This document shows, piece by piece, positions 10,054-19,352 of a stretch of 64,000 bases of DNA. The position numbers and the translations under genes are program-made. Source of the DNA: Elusimicrobiota bacterium (GTDB taxonomy: Bacteria; CG03; SLGR01); contig PWEK01000080.1 of assembly GCA_003553445.1 (NCBI GenBank), positions 7,490-71,489 on the forward strand, written 5' to 3'. The notes beneath the pieces are model-generated. The model saw only the letters and a list, made by a program, of their open reading frames with translations. It was not told where the DNA came from and searched no databases. Each line of letters begins with the position of its first letter. Positions within the stretch are counted from its first letter, which is position 1.

Positions 10054-11987
10054 GTTTTTTGGCCGGTTCATTTTTATGGCTGCTTCCGCTTGCCGCAGTT
10101 CCCGTGATAATACATTTTTTAAACCGGAAAAAAGCTAAGAGTATAAACATATCCACACTGAGATTCATACAGCCGGCTACGAAAAATGTGCTTAAGAGAT
10201 TTAAAATTCTGCAGTTTATTCTTTTATTATTGAGGGTTATGGCAGTGGTTATGCTAACGCTTGCTTTCGCCAGACCGGTGTGGAGAGGGTATACAACCAC
10301 GCGGGAAACCTCAAAAAAAGTAATTCTTATTGATAACTCATACACAATGGGCTATAGAAAAGGCACCGAAAACGCCCTGGACATTTCCAGAGAGCTGGCA
10401 AATGAGCTTGTAATGCACTTTGATGGGGAGTTTGCCGTGGGTGAATTCAACAGCTCTCTTGCACGGATAGGGCGCTTTAAAAGTAACGAAGAAGAGCTCT
10501 TAAAAGAGATTGAACAGATTGAGCTGACAAACCGAACTTCAGATTACGGTTCTGTGATGCGCGAGCTGTCAAGGTATTTATCAGAAGAATACCCGGGAGA
10601 GAAGATATCGGATGTGATAATACTTTCGGATTTTAACAGGGCGGCTTTTATGGGAACTGCACCTGAGGGCGGAAGGGAGTATAATCTGCTTTTAATCGAC
10701 ACCTGCAAAGGGGAGTCTAATCTATGGATTGAAGATGTTATGCCGGAAAGAGCCTTCAGCCGGAAAAGAACAGGGGTAAAATTTAAAATCCGTTCTGTAA
10801 AAGATGTTTCCGCCTCCGCAGGGCTTTATATAGATGGTGAGCGAAGAGACCGGAAAACCTTCAAGGATGCTTCTGAAGTAAATTCAGAATTTGTATATAA
10901 TTTTGAAAGGCCGGGTATCTATGAATGTAAAATTGAAGTGACAGCAGAGCCCCGGAAAAACAGAATATACGCAGACAGCAAGAGGTTTTTTACCGTAAAA
11001 GTCTTTCCGCGCATACGGGTTCTGCTGGTTGACGGAGATGTTGGATATACTCTTATGAGCGGTGAAAGTTATTTTATGTCAAATGCGCTTTCACCAGGAA
11101 CTTACGACGCCCCGGTTATATCCAGGGTGGTAACCCCGGATGAAATGAAGGAAATGGCTGTGGAGGAATACGATGTGATGATGCTTCTTAATGTTGATCC
11201 CGACGAGGAACTTGTGCGCCGGGTTTCTTCTTACGTGAAGGGAGGGGGAGGTGTCGCGGTATTTCCCGGAAGGAGGTATGATTATACCAGGTATAACCGG
11301 CTGCTCTCCCAAATTATCCCGGTTGAACTTGTATCGGAAAAAGCGCGGGATGTTCAGGCGGCGATGAATATATCATCGCCCCGGGGTTTTGAGGAAATAT
11401 TTGAAAAGGGGGTTTCAGTGGACTTTGAGCGTATAGTTGAAACAAGAAGTGAAGTTATCGAGGAAAGCGAGATTAAAGCCGGGGGTTACCCGCTTTTATG
11501 GTTTTATGACAGTGAGCCGGATAGGGGTAAGACAGCTTTTTTTGCGACAACGGCAAATATGAGATGGAGTGATTTCCCGGTTAACCCCTCTTTTCCTCCC
11601 TTTGTTCAGAAGCTGGTGAAAAGGCTTGCTCTTGATGATGAGGGGGAATCATCTCAGCTGAAAATAGGAGATGTGGCAAAACTTTATTCAGGAGAGAGAA
11701 GGGTTGAAGAACCGGGGATTTATGAGGGAGAAAACGGACCCGTTGCTGTAAATCTGGATGTTACCGCAGGAGGCTCTGCATTAAGGTATGCCTCTGAAGA
11801 TGAAATTGAGGAATTCTTTTCAGGCAGCGAGGTTACTTACCTTCCCTTTGCTGAAAATATGAAGAGGCAGCTTGTCAGGTATGTTACAGGGCAGGAAAGG
11901 AGTGGTTTTTTCCTGGGGGCATTTGTTGTTTTTCTTGCTTTTGAGGAGATTCTCAGGAAATATTTAGGGAAAAGGGAAAATGCTTAG
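10050..11987 (+). CDS. BatA-type N-terminal double-TM domain protein with a vWA-like region
   Basis: N-terminal FLWLLPLAAVPVIIHFLNRKK (aerotolerance-regulator N-terminal domain) and an IDNSYT MIDAS-like motif. The GTG start overlaps the upstream TGA (GTGA). Confidence 0.75.
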   Translation: MSFLAGSFLWLLPLAAVPVIIHFLNRKKAKSINISTLRFIQPATKNVLKRFKILQFILLLLRVMAVVMLTLAFARPVWRGYTTTRETSKKVILIDNSYTMGYRKGTENALDISRELANELVMHFDGEFAVGEFNSSLARIGRFKSNEEELLKEIEQIELTNRTSDYGSVMRELSRYLSEEYPGEKISDVIILSDFNRAAFMGTAPEGGREYNLLLIDTCKGESNLWIEDVMPERAFSRKRTGVKFKIRSVKDVSASAGLYIDGERRDRKTFKDASEVNSEFVYNFERPGIYECKIEVTAEPRKNRIYADSKRFFTVKVFPRIRVLLVDGDVGYTLMSGESYFMSNALSPGTYDAPVISRVVTPDEMKEMAVEEYDVMMLLNVDPDEELVRRVSSYVKGGGGVAVFPGRRYDYTRYNRLLSQIIPVELVSEKARDVQAAMNISSPRGFEEIFEKGVSVDFERIVETRSEVIEESEIKAGGYPLLWFYDSEPDRGKTAFFATTANMRWSDFPVNPSFPPFVQKLVKRLALDDEGESSQLKIGDVAKLYSGERRVEEPGIYEGENGPVAVNLDVTAGGSALRYASEDEIEEFFSGSEVTYLPFAENMKRQLVRYVTGQERSGFFLGAFVVFLAFEEILRKYLGKRENA

Positions 11988-12717
11988 AAAAATTCTGGCG
12001 CTTACCATTATTGTTATTATATTACCCCCGGTTTATTTAAGAGCCGGGCAGGGCGATGAATTTGTATTTGCTCAGCTTAAGTTTCAGGGAAACTGGGATC
12101 CATACCCCGGGGCTTTTGAACAAATGTATTATTATTTGACGAACACCACATCAATAAGCATGCTTCCGGAAAGGCGTGTGGTTGAATTAAACGATAAGGA
12201 TTTATTTTACTCGCCGTTTCTGGTCTTTACCGGGAAAGGCAGCTATCCAGAATTCAGCTCAGATGAACTTGAATCATTAAGAAGATATGTTGAAGGGGGC
12301 GGAATAATATTTATAGATACATGCGGATGTGAGGCCTTTGAGGCAAGTGTGAACAGGACGCTATCCGGGGTTTTTCCGGAGGAAGATAACGGGTTTTCAA
12401 AAATTCCGGATGACAGCGCCGTTTTCAGGGCTTTCTACCTTGTTGATTATGTGGCGGGCAGAAAGATGAACGCCCCGTACCTGGAGGGTATGGAGAGAGG
12501 GGGGCGTATCGCAGTAATAAAAAGCAAAAACGATTTAGTGGGGATATGGCCCAGAGACAGGCTGGGGAACTGGGAGCACGAGCTTACTCCCGGAAGACCG
12601 GATCAGAGGAAAGAAGCTGTTAAGTTAATGTTAAATATAATGATATATTCTGTTTCCGGAACATACAAGGCAGATCCTGTTCACACCCCCCATATTGAGG
12701 AGAAGCTTGGAAGATGA
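11980..12717 (+). CDS. DUF4159 domain protein
   Basis: FAQLKFQGNWDPYP and SPFLVFTGKGSYPEFSSDELESLRRYVEGGGIIFID fit the DUF4159 pattern. Confidence 0.7.
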   Translation: MLRKILALTIIVIILPPVYLRAGQGDEFVFAQLKFQGNWDPYPGAFEQMYYYLTNTTSISMLPERRVVELNDKDLFYSPFLVFTGKGSYPEFSSDELESLRRYVEGGGIIFIDTCGCEAFEASVNRTLSGVFPEEDNGFSKIPDDSAVFRAFYLVDYVAGRKMNAPYLEGMERGGRIAVIKSKNDLVGIWPRDRLGNWEHELTPGRPDQRKEAVKLMLNIMIYSVSGTYKADPVHTPHIEEKLGR

Positions 12718-14837
12718 CTCTTAGTTTTCAGACCGTAACATTATGGCTGGCTGCCGCCGTGGTCTTGTTTTCGGTTTCTTTTCTTTTAAAACCGAGAGAT
12801 GGCTGGTTGTTGTTGAGGATATTTATTTATCTTTCTGTTCTTTTTATTCTTTTAGGACCCAGTATTTCTATGCGCAGAACCCGCACCAGGGATGCGCGTT
12901 TGGGGGTTTATGTTGACAGGTCAAGGTCAATGGGGGTTGAGGAAAGATACATGGAGGCTTATAAGGAAGTCAACCGCATGAAAGAAGCCTTCGGTTCTGC
13001 GGCAGATCTGTCAATATACGGTTTTGACAGCGAGGTTTGGAGTATGCAGAAAGAAGAGTTAAAAACAGAGCCGGAAGGCGACAGGACGGATATTTCAGCG
13101 GTTTTCGATGAGGGGGTATATGATGCCAGGGTTCTAATCAGCGACGGAAGGGATAATTGGGGGGAATCCCCCCTTGCTCATGACAGGGTGAAAATGACAC
13201 CTGTTTTTACCCTTGGAACCGGGAGCAGGTCCCCGGCGCCGGATTTGGAAATCAGCGGACTTAAAGTCCCGGGTTTTGCTTTTAGGGGCCGGGAGGTGGA
13301 GATAGGGTTCAAACTGTTAAATAAGGCCTCTGATACCGGCAGAACGACAGCTCTTGTAAGAAATGATGAGAAAATTGTCTCAAGAAAGCCGATTGAGCTG
13401 GGCGGGAGGGAAAAAATACCGGTGTCAATGAGCTTTGTCCCGGAGGATACCGGTCTTCACAGTTATACTCTCGAGGTTGAAGAAATTCCGGGAGAAGTAA
13501 ATCTGGCTAATAATGTGAGAAATTTTCAGATACAGGTAAACAGGAAAAAAATCAGGATAATATATGTGGCTGGAAAACCTTCCTGGGAATACTCTTTTTT
13601 AAGAAGGCTGATAAAATCAGACCCGCACATAGATTTGGTGACTTTCCTTATTCTTAGGAACCCGGAAAATGTAACAATCGTTCCTGAAAATGAATTGTCT
13701 CTTATACATTTTCCCGCCCGGGAGATGTTCACAGAGAAAATATACGATTTTGACCTTCTAATCTATGATAATTTCGCGTACGGGAATTTTTTTCCTGAAA
13801 ATTACCTTCATCATATAAAAGAATTTGTTGCAGAAGGCGGAGGGTTTATCATGACAGGAGGGGAGAATTCCTTTTTGAGGGGGGGGTATGCAAAAACCCC
13901 GATAGGGGAAATACTGCCTGTTACATTCAACGAAAATTTATCCCGGTGGCAGGTAGAAGAATATAAAATAGAACCGGCTTATTCACTGTCTCATCCGCTT
14001 TTGAATATAGCCAGAGATGAAGATTTAAGCAGGCAGATATGGTCTGAAATGCCCTCTCTTGAGGGATATGACCCCGGGCTTGAAGCAAAGGGAAGCGCTG
14101 ATGTGCTTATGAAGAAAGGGGGGAAAACACCTATTATCGCGGTAAAAAATTACGGCGAAGGAAGAACAATGGCTCTTAACGCAAATACTACCTGGAGGTG
14201 GTGTATGGGGCTTGCGGGGCGGGGAAGAGGGCCGCATTACTACAACAGGTTCTGGCGGGAGACAATCAGGTACATGATAAGAACCGGAGATGTAGACAGG
14301 GTGCAGATCTTTCCGGCAAGAGACAGGGTGAATATGGGGGAATATGCAGACATAAATATCAGGGTTCTGGATGAATACCTTCAGCCTCTTGACAATGCCC
14401 TGCTGGAAGTGCGGCTGAAAAAACCCTCGGGAGAAAAAATATCTGTCTCAACTCCGGAACTGACCGATGGCGATGGATGGTATGAAACAAGCGTTTATGC
14501 GCCGGATAAAGGCGAATATGGAATAATTGTCAGGGCATCGCTGCATAACAGGTTAATCGGAGAAAACCGTGAAAGTTTCAGGGTTTCTGAAGCTGACCGG
14601 GAAATGATAAGGACTTCTCTCAATGAAGGCCTCCTTAAAGAAATAGCTTCGGTTTCAGGGGGCAGGTATTTTTCTGCAGGAAAAATGGACTATCAAAAAA
14701 TACTTGAGAGAGCAAAAGAAAAAGTCCCTGGAGAGATTTCCAGAAATATAACCTGGAGCTGGTGGCCTTTTTATATTGTTTTAATCACCGCGCTGTTTAC
14801 TGAGTGGTATTTAAGAAGAAAGAGGGGGTTGAATTGA
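12714..14837 (+). CDS. Membrane protein with a vWA (MIDAS DRSRS) domain and a glutamine-amidotransferase-like domain
   Basis: N-terminal TM pair, the YVDRSRSMG MIDAS motif, a central IRIIYVAGKPSWEYSFLRR..GGGFIM region and a C-terminal TM helix. ATGA overlap with the upstream gene. Confidence 0.65.
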   Translation: MTLSFQTVTLWLAAAVVLFSVSFLLKPRDGWLLLRIFIYLSVLFILLGPSISMRRTRTRDARLGVYVDRSRSMGVEERYMEAYKEVNRMKEAFGSAADLSIYGFDSEVWSMQKEELKTEPEGDRTDISAVFDEGVYDARVLISDGRDNWGESPLAHDRVKMTPVFTLGTGSRSPAPDLEISGLKVPGFAFRGREVEIGFKLLNKASDTGRTTALVRNDEKIVSRKPIELGGREKIPVSMSFVPEDTGLHSYTLEVEEIPGEVNLANNVRNFQIQVNRKKIRIIYVAGKPSWEYSFLRRLIKSDPHIDLVTFLILRNPENVTIVPENELSLIHFPAREMFTEKIYDFDLLIYDNFAYGNFFPENYLHHIKEFVAEGGGFIMTGGENSFLRGGYAKTPIGEILPVTFNENLSRWQVEEYKIEPAYSLSHPLLNIARDEDLSRQIWSEMPSLEGYDPGLEAKGSADVLMKKGGKTPIIAVKNYGEGRTMALNANTTWRWCMGLAGRGRGPHYYNRFWRETIRYMIRTGDVDRVQIFPARDRVNMGEYADINIRVLDEYLQPLDNALLEVRLKKPSGEKISVSTPELTDGDGWYETSVYAPDKGEYGIIVRASLHNRLIGENRESFRVSEADREMIRTSLNEGLLKEIASVSGGRYFSAGKMDYQKILERAKEKVPGEISRNITWSWWPFYIVLITALFTEWYLRRKRGLN

Positions 14838-17800
14838 ATAAGTCTCCTGGATTAATAAAGAGCAGAATACGTGCCCTGCGGTTTCGTGTTTTTTTAATAA
14901 CCTACGGAACTTTGGCTTTAAGGTTTATTTTTTATCTGTCTGCCGCTTTTGTTTTTATTTCCGGGATAAACTCCTTCGTGCTCTTTCTTCCGGTGTATAT
15001 AAGAGCCCTGTCGGGGGTGATGTTTGCTGCGGTTTCAGTAAAAACAATAATAGATTACGGGAAAATAAGGAGGAGTCGGCCTTTATCCGTTAAATCCATA
15101 AACAGAATTGCCGGAGAAAAGAAACCCGCGCTGGAAGATTCTGTTGTTAATCTTTTTTCACTTAAAAAAGAGCAGGAATACTACTGCCGCAAAAGCCGCA
15201 TTTCCTCCGAGATAATTAACGGCCTTGAAAAAAGAACCGCCCGGCAGCTTGCGCAGTTTAAACCCTGCATGATATCAATAAAAAAATTTAAGGCAGATTT
15301 GGTTCTCGTTCTGGCATTAATCTTAACCGTGGCTCTGTTTAACAGAGTTTTCCCTGATTTTTTCAGGGATAGCTTTGAAAACACTTCAAGGGTTCTGTTT
15401 TCATCCAGCGCATACAGCCTTGAGGTTTTTCCGGGCAGCGAAAGTGTAAAGAGAAACAGCGACCTTAAGGTATCTGTATTGACGGATTACCCCTCTCTGC
15501 CTTCAATAGAGGTAGAAAGATACGGAAGAGAGGAAACCGGTAAATTTGAAAGAACAGAGTCAGGCTTAATATATAATATAAATGATATCGGGTATCCGTT
15601 AAAATACCGGGTGTTTCTCAGAGGTGCCGGTATAAGAAGCCAGTGGTACGAGGTTGATATTGACAGTCCTCCGGAAGTGGATGAGATAACCCTTAAATAT
15701 GAGTACCCCGCTTATACCGGAAAAAAAGACAAGGTTGATTCCGGCGGCTACATCGAGGCGCTGAGAGGAACAACCGTAAAAATTGATGTTAAGGCATCCG
15801 GAAGCGCTCCGCTGGAAAAGGCTTACATAGAAACCGGCGGAGAAAAAATACCGATGAGGATAAATGAACCCCTCAGGGCCACCGGGAGTATATTTCTTCA
15901 AAGTCAGAGAAGTTATACGGTGAACCTGGTTGATGAAAACGGACTGATGAATGAGGAGTCTGCAAAATATCAGATAAACGTTTTAAGGGATGAAAACCCT
16001 TCCGTAAAACTTTATGAGCCGACCGGGGATATGGATGTCCCTGAAGATGCCACTATAAATATTTCAGGAGAAGCTGTTGATGATATCGGAATAAAGGATA
16101 TTGCGATAACTTATTATACCGGAGTGGGAGGTGAAAAGAGGGTAAAGGAAGTCAAGGCATTTGATGAGGCGCCGGAAAGAAAGAGATTCAGTTATGCCTG
16201 GAATATTGCAGAAACAGGGGCATTAAGCGGGAGCGTAATAACCTTCAGAATAAGGGCTAGAGATGTTAATGATTTGTACGGCCCAGGCGAGGGATATTCA
16301 GAGAGAATACGTTTGAATGTGAAGGGTTTCAGGCAAAAGCACAAGGAAATAATTGATGAATCGGAAGAACTTCAGGACGACCTTCTCTCTATGCTTGAAA
16401 AGGCTTATGAAGCATCAGAAAGTCTTAAGGGGGAGGATTTTAAGGAAGGCCTTGAAAAGCTTTCCGAATTGAAGGGGTTCTCAAAAGATTATGAGAAAGC
16501 CCTTGAATCTCTTATTGAAAAGATGAAGGAAGACCCTTATATGGATAGTTCAACCGTGAGGGAGTTTGAAGGACTTCTGGAGGGAATTAAGAACATAAAC
16601 ACATCTTTTATTGATGATGCCATAGACTCCGCCGCCTCAGGCGACACGGCAGCCGCAGAGAAGACAGACGCAATATCCTCTCGCCTGGAGCAGATGATGA
16701 GGGTTTTTGATGATGTTGTGGAAGAACAGAGGATGAGCGATCTTCTGTCATCTTCGTCGGCTTCTCTTGAAACGGCCAGAGATCTTGCGGATATGATGGG
16801 AGAAGATTCTTTAGAAAAAGAGGATTTTTTAAGACAGCTTGACAAACTTCAGTCGCTCATGGAGGAGATAAGAAGCTCCCTGCTTGAGTACCCTGACAGG
16901 CTCCCGGATGAATTTATTAATATGGAAAGCGTAGAAAGCCTGGATTTTTCCGAATCTGCGGAAGGTATGAGTGACCTGGGAGAAGCTCTTAAGGATGGAG
17001 ATTATGACAGGGCGAAAGAAATTCTTGAGAAACTCACAAAATCGCTTGAGGGAATGCTGGATACTTTGACGGGTGCGGCCGGAGAGACATATGGTTCAAG
17101 ACAGCAAAATATCAGGGAAAGGTCCGGGTGGATTCAGGAAATGATTTATGAAATAATCAAAGAACAGGAAAGACTTATATCCCGGACAGAGAAAATTAAA
17201 GAGACCGCACGGAGAAGAAAAAAAGATTACGATAAAGAAATGATAGAAAAAATAAGGGAAGAATATGAGGTCTTAAAATCCACAACGGGAATTTATATAT
17301 TTGAAGTGGAGCGGGAATTTAGGGAGGGATACCTGTACAGAACCCCCGAACTTTTGAAACAGCAGAAGGATAACATAGACGAAGAATGGAAAAAGGAACG
17401 CATTAAAGGGTTTCTCCGGAATCTCGCAGACAGAAGAAAACTTAAGGAATTTCTCCAGGAAAAAGAGAAGAAAAAAGCAGAAGATATGTCAGGAGAACAG
17501 GATGATCTCCGTTTAAAATTAAAAGAGGTAATAAAGGGAATAGAATCCCTTTCACATTTAACAGCGATGCTCAATCAAGAAATAGTTGAAAACCTTGAAT
17601 CTGCCGGAAGATGCATGAAAGATGCTTCCGCTGAACTGATGGATTTTCTTATTGACAGAGCACTTGCTTCACAGAGACAGGCTCTGTCATACCTCGTTCA
17701 GTCTGACTCTAAAATGCGGGAATTTATGGAGAAAATGGATTCAATCCCAATGGAACTGCAGGCCTCCCCCAGGTACAGTCATTCAATGCAGCCCGGCGGA

Positions 17801-17974
17801 ATAGGCGGCAGCGGCGCAAGGGGGTTCAGTGAAGGGTATGTAGAGATACCGGGTCCGGAGGAATACTTTGGCGGTGAAGAGTTCAGGAGAAGGGTGATGG
17901 AATCGCTGAGAGGGGAATACCCTGAGAGGTACAGAAACCTAATAGAAGAATATTTCAAATCCCTAACCCAATAA
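14834..17974 (+). CDS. DUF4175-like large membrane-anchored coiled-coil protein
   Basis: N-terminal TM helices, a long E/K-rich coiled-coil region, and a C-terminal RRRVMESLRGEYPERYRNLIEEYFKSL typical of DUF4175. I prefer the TTG at 14834 (GAGGGGG upstream, TTGA overlap) over the ORF-track start at 14804. Confidence 0.65.
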   Translation: MNKSPGLIKSRIRALRFRVFLITYGTLALRFIFYLSAAFVFISGINSFVLFLPVYIRALSGVMFAAVSVKTIIDYGKIRRSRPLSVKSINRIAGEKKPALEDSVVNLFSLKKEQEYYCRKSRISSEIINGLEKRTARQLAQFKPCMISIKKFKADLVLVLALILTVALFNRVFPDFFRDSFENTSRVLFSSSAYSLEVFPGSESVKRNSDLKVSVLTDYPSLPSIEVERYGREETGKFERTESGLIYNINDIGYPLKYRVFLRGAGIRSQWYEVDIDSPPEVDEITLKYEYPAYTGKKDKVDSGGYIEALRGTTVKIDVKASGSAPLEKAYIETGGEKIPMRINEPLRATGSIFLQSQRSYTVNLVDENGLMNEESAKYQINVLRDENPSVKLYEPTGDMDVPEDATINISGEAVDDIGIKDIAITYYTGVGGEKRVKEVKAFDEAPERKRFSYAWNIAETGALSGSVITFRIRARDVNDLYGPGEGYSERIRLNVKGFRQKHKEIIDESEELQDDLLSMLEKAYEASESLKGEDFKEGLEKLSELKGFSKDYEKALESLIEKMKEDPYMDSSTVREFEGLLEGIKNINTSFIDDAIDSAASGDTAAAEKTDAISSRLEQMMRVFDDVVEEQRMSDLLSSSSASLETARDLADMMGEDSLEKEDFLRQLDKLQSLMEEIRSSLLEYPDRLPDEFINMESVESLDFSESAEGMSDLGEALKDGDYDRAKEILEKLTKSLEGMLDTLTGAAGETYGSRQQNIRERSGWIQEMIYEIIKEQERLISRTEKIKETARRRKKDYDKEMIEKIREEYEVLKSTTGIYIFEVEREFREGYLYRTPELLKQQKDNIDEEWKKERIKGFLRNLADRRKLKEFLQEKEKKKAEDMSGEQDDLRLKLKEVIKGIESLSHLTAMLNQEIVENLESAGRCMKDASAELMDFLIDRALASQRQALSYLVQSDSKMREFMEKMDSIPMELQASPRYSHSMQPGGIGGSGARGFSEGYVEIPGPEEYFGGEEFRRRVMESLRGEYPERYRNLIEEYFKSLTQ

Positions 17975-17976
17975 CC

Positions 17977-18004
17977 ATGTCGGGGTTATACTTTTATACT
18001 TTTG
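17977..18004 (+). repeat. Copy 1 of an exact 28-nt element ATGTCGGGGTTATACTTTTATACTTTTG
   Basis: Identical to 40048-40075. It begins 2 nt after the TAA stop of the DUF4175-like gene and contains the internal direct repeat TATACTTTT x2. Confidence 0.9.
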
Positions 18005-18032
18005 GGCTAATGCGTGACAAAACAAATGCAAT

Positions 18033-18686
18033 TTACCTCAGAGATAAAAGGGTTTTAAAATCAATTTCGGATGTTTTACTTATAATTTTATCAGCTTCTT
18101 TAAGCCTGTTTGGATTATTATATCTGTCAATTCCAATCACATATATTTGAGCTTTCTTTGCGGCTCTTACACCTAAAACAGCATCTTCGAATACCACACA
18201 CTTTTCGGGGGCTGTTTCCAACTCAGAGGCTGCTGCCAGGAATATATCCGGAGCGGGTTTTCCCCTTAATTCTCTGTTTCCATCGACTACTGTATTTACT
18301 TTTGGGTAAATGTCTGTTTTTTTCAGTATGTTTAAACAATTTTTGCTCGAAGAGATAACCGCGATAGGAATAGCTTTCTTTCTTAGTTTATTTATAAGAC
18401 TCAGTGTGTCTGAATATACATCCACTCCTTCCTTTTCAATGTACTCAAGAAAGTAGTTTTGTTTTCTTGAAGCAGCTTTTTCCAGTTCATCAGGTGTAAG
18501 TTCTGTAAGGATTGAGGATGCGCCCTCTATTCTTGGAATGCCGTCAACCTTTTTTTTATAATCGGAAAATGTAAAGTTTACTCCGTATTCCCCGAACATC
18601 TTTTTCCAGGCTTTGAAATGTAGGGGAACCGTATTTACTATCACGCCATCCAGATCAAAAATAACTGCTTCTGTCATTTTAAGCAC
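18033..18686 (-). CDS. HAD-superfamily hydrolase, beta-phosphoglucomutase family
   Basis: DLDGVIVNT motif I, SSSKN, GKPAPDIF and FEDAVLGVRAAKKA motifs. Confidence 0.8.
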   Translation of the reverse strand: MLKMTEAVIFDLDGVIVNTVPLHFKAWKKMFGEYGVNFTFSDYKKKVDGIPRIEGASSILTELTPDELEKAASRKQNYFLEYIEKEGVDVYSDTLSLINKLRKKAIPIAVISSSKNCLNILKKTDIYPKVNTVVDGNRELRGKPAPDIFLAAASELETAPEKCVVFEDAVLGVRAAKKAQIYVIGIDRYNNPNRLKEADKIISKTSEIDFKTLLSLR

Positions 18687-18809
18687 CTTTTTTATTTACT
18701 ATTATTGAAATAAATATACAATATTTTTGAAAAAACAACAATATAATAACATTTGAGAAGTTTAAAAAATTAAGTTTTTGTCGAGAGAGTAATTCCTGAA
18801 TTTGGTTAC

Positions 18810-18838
18810 TTGAAAAAAACATGGCTTTATGTTATAAG
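18810..18838 (+). promoter_or_regulatory. Sigma70-type promoter candidate for the rimP-nusA-infB operon
   Basis: TTGAAA (18810-18815), a 17-nt spacer ending in TGT (extended -10), then TATAAG (18833-18838). Confidence 0.5.
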
Positions 18839-18847
18839 AATATGAGC

Positions 18848-18876
18848 AAATGTGGCAATTAGGTGCCACATTTTTT
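18848..18876 (+). terminator. Leader hairpin plus T-run between the promoter and rimP (attenuator or 5' stabiliser)
   Basis: Perfect 10-bp stem AAATGTGGCA / TGCCACATTT with a 6-nt loop, running into TTTTTT. It ends 14 nt before the rimP ATG. Confidence 0.5.
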
Positions 18877-18890
18877 AATAAAAGTTAAAA

Positions 18891-19352
18891 ATGAAAAGCA
18901 TTACAGCAAAAATAAAAGAGATAGTGGGAAAAACTGTTGAAAACAACGGGTATGAGTTTGTGGATATGAATTATGGAAAAAAAGGCAGCCGGTGGTTTCT
19001 GCAGGTCTTTGCGGATAAAAATGGTGGAATCAGCATCGATGACTGCAGTAATCTGTCTAAAGAGTTAGGCTACGAACTGGACAGACACCCTGAATTATTC
19101 TCTCACTCATATACTCTTGAGGTATCTTCACCCGGGCTTGAGAGGCCTCTGAAAGGCGCGGAAGATTTTATCAGGTTTAAGGGGCATGATATGAAAATAA
19201 AGCTTTTCTCCCCTCTTGAAAAGAATCGTGTCTGGAGAGGAAAGATTATTAATTATAAAGATGATAAGCTTTTTTTTAAGGATCAGAACGGTAAAGATCG
19301 TATAGTAGAGGGAAGTAATATAGCAAGTGCAAATTTAGAGGTAAATATATAA
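18891..19352 (+). CDS. rimP: Ribosome maturation factor RimP
   Basis: LEVSSPGLERPL motif and its position immediately upstream of nusA. Confidence 0.85.
   Translation: MKSITAKIKEIVGKTVENNGYEFVDMNYGKKGSRWFLQVFADKNGGISIDDCSNLSKELGYELDRHPELFSHSYTLEVSSPGLERPLKGAEDFIRFKGHDMKIKLFSPLEKNRVWRGKIINYKDDKLFFKDQNGKDRIVEGSNIASANLEVNI

Noticed and set aside
17977-18150. Mini-ORFs starting at the ATG of the 28-nt repeat: MSGLYFYTF... (about 57 codons at locus 1, 16 codons at locus 2).
   Set aside because: Only the first nine residues are shared, and they are shared only because they lie within the repeat. There is no SD, the first runs antisense through the HAD gene, and the two lengths are unrelated. Coding is unlikely.
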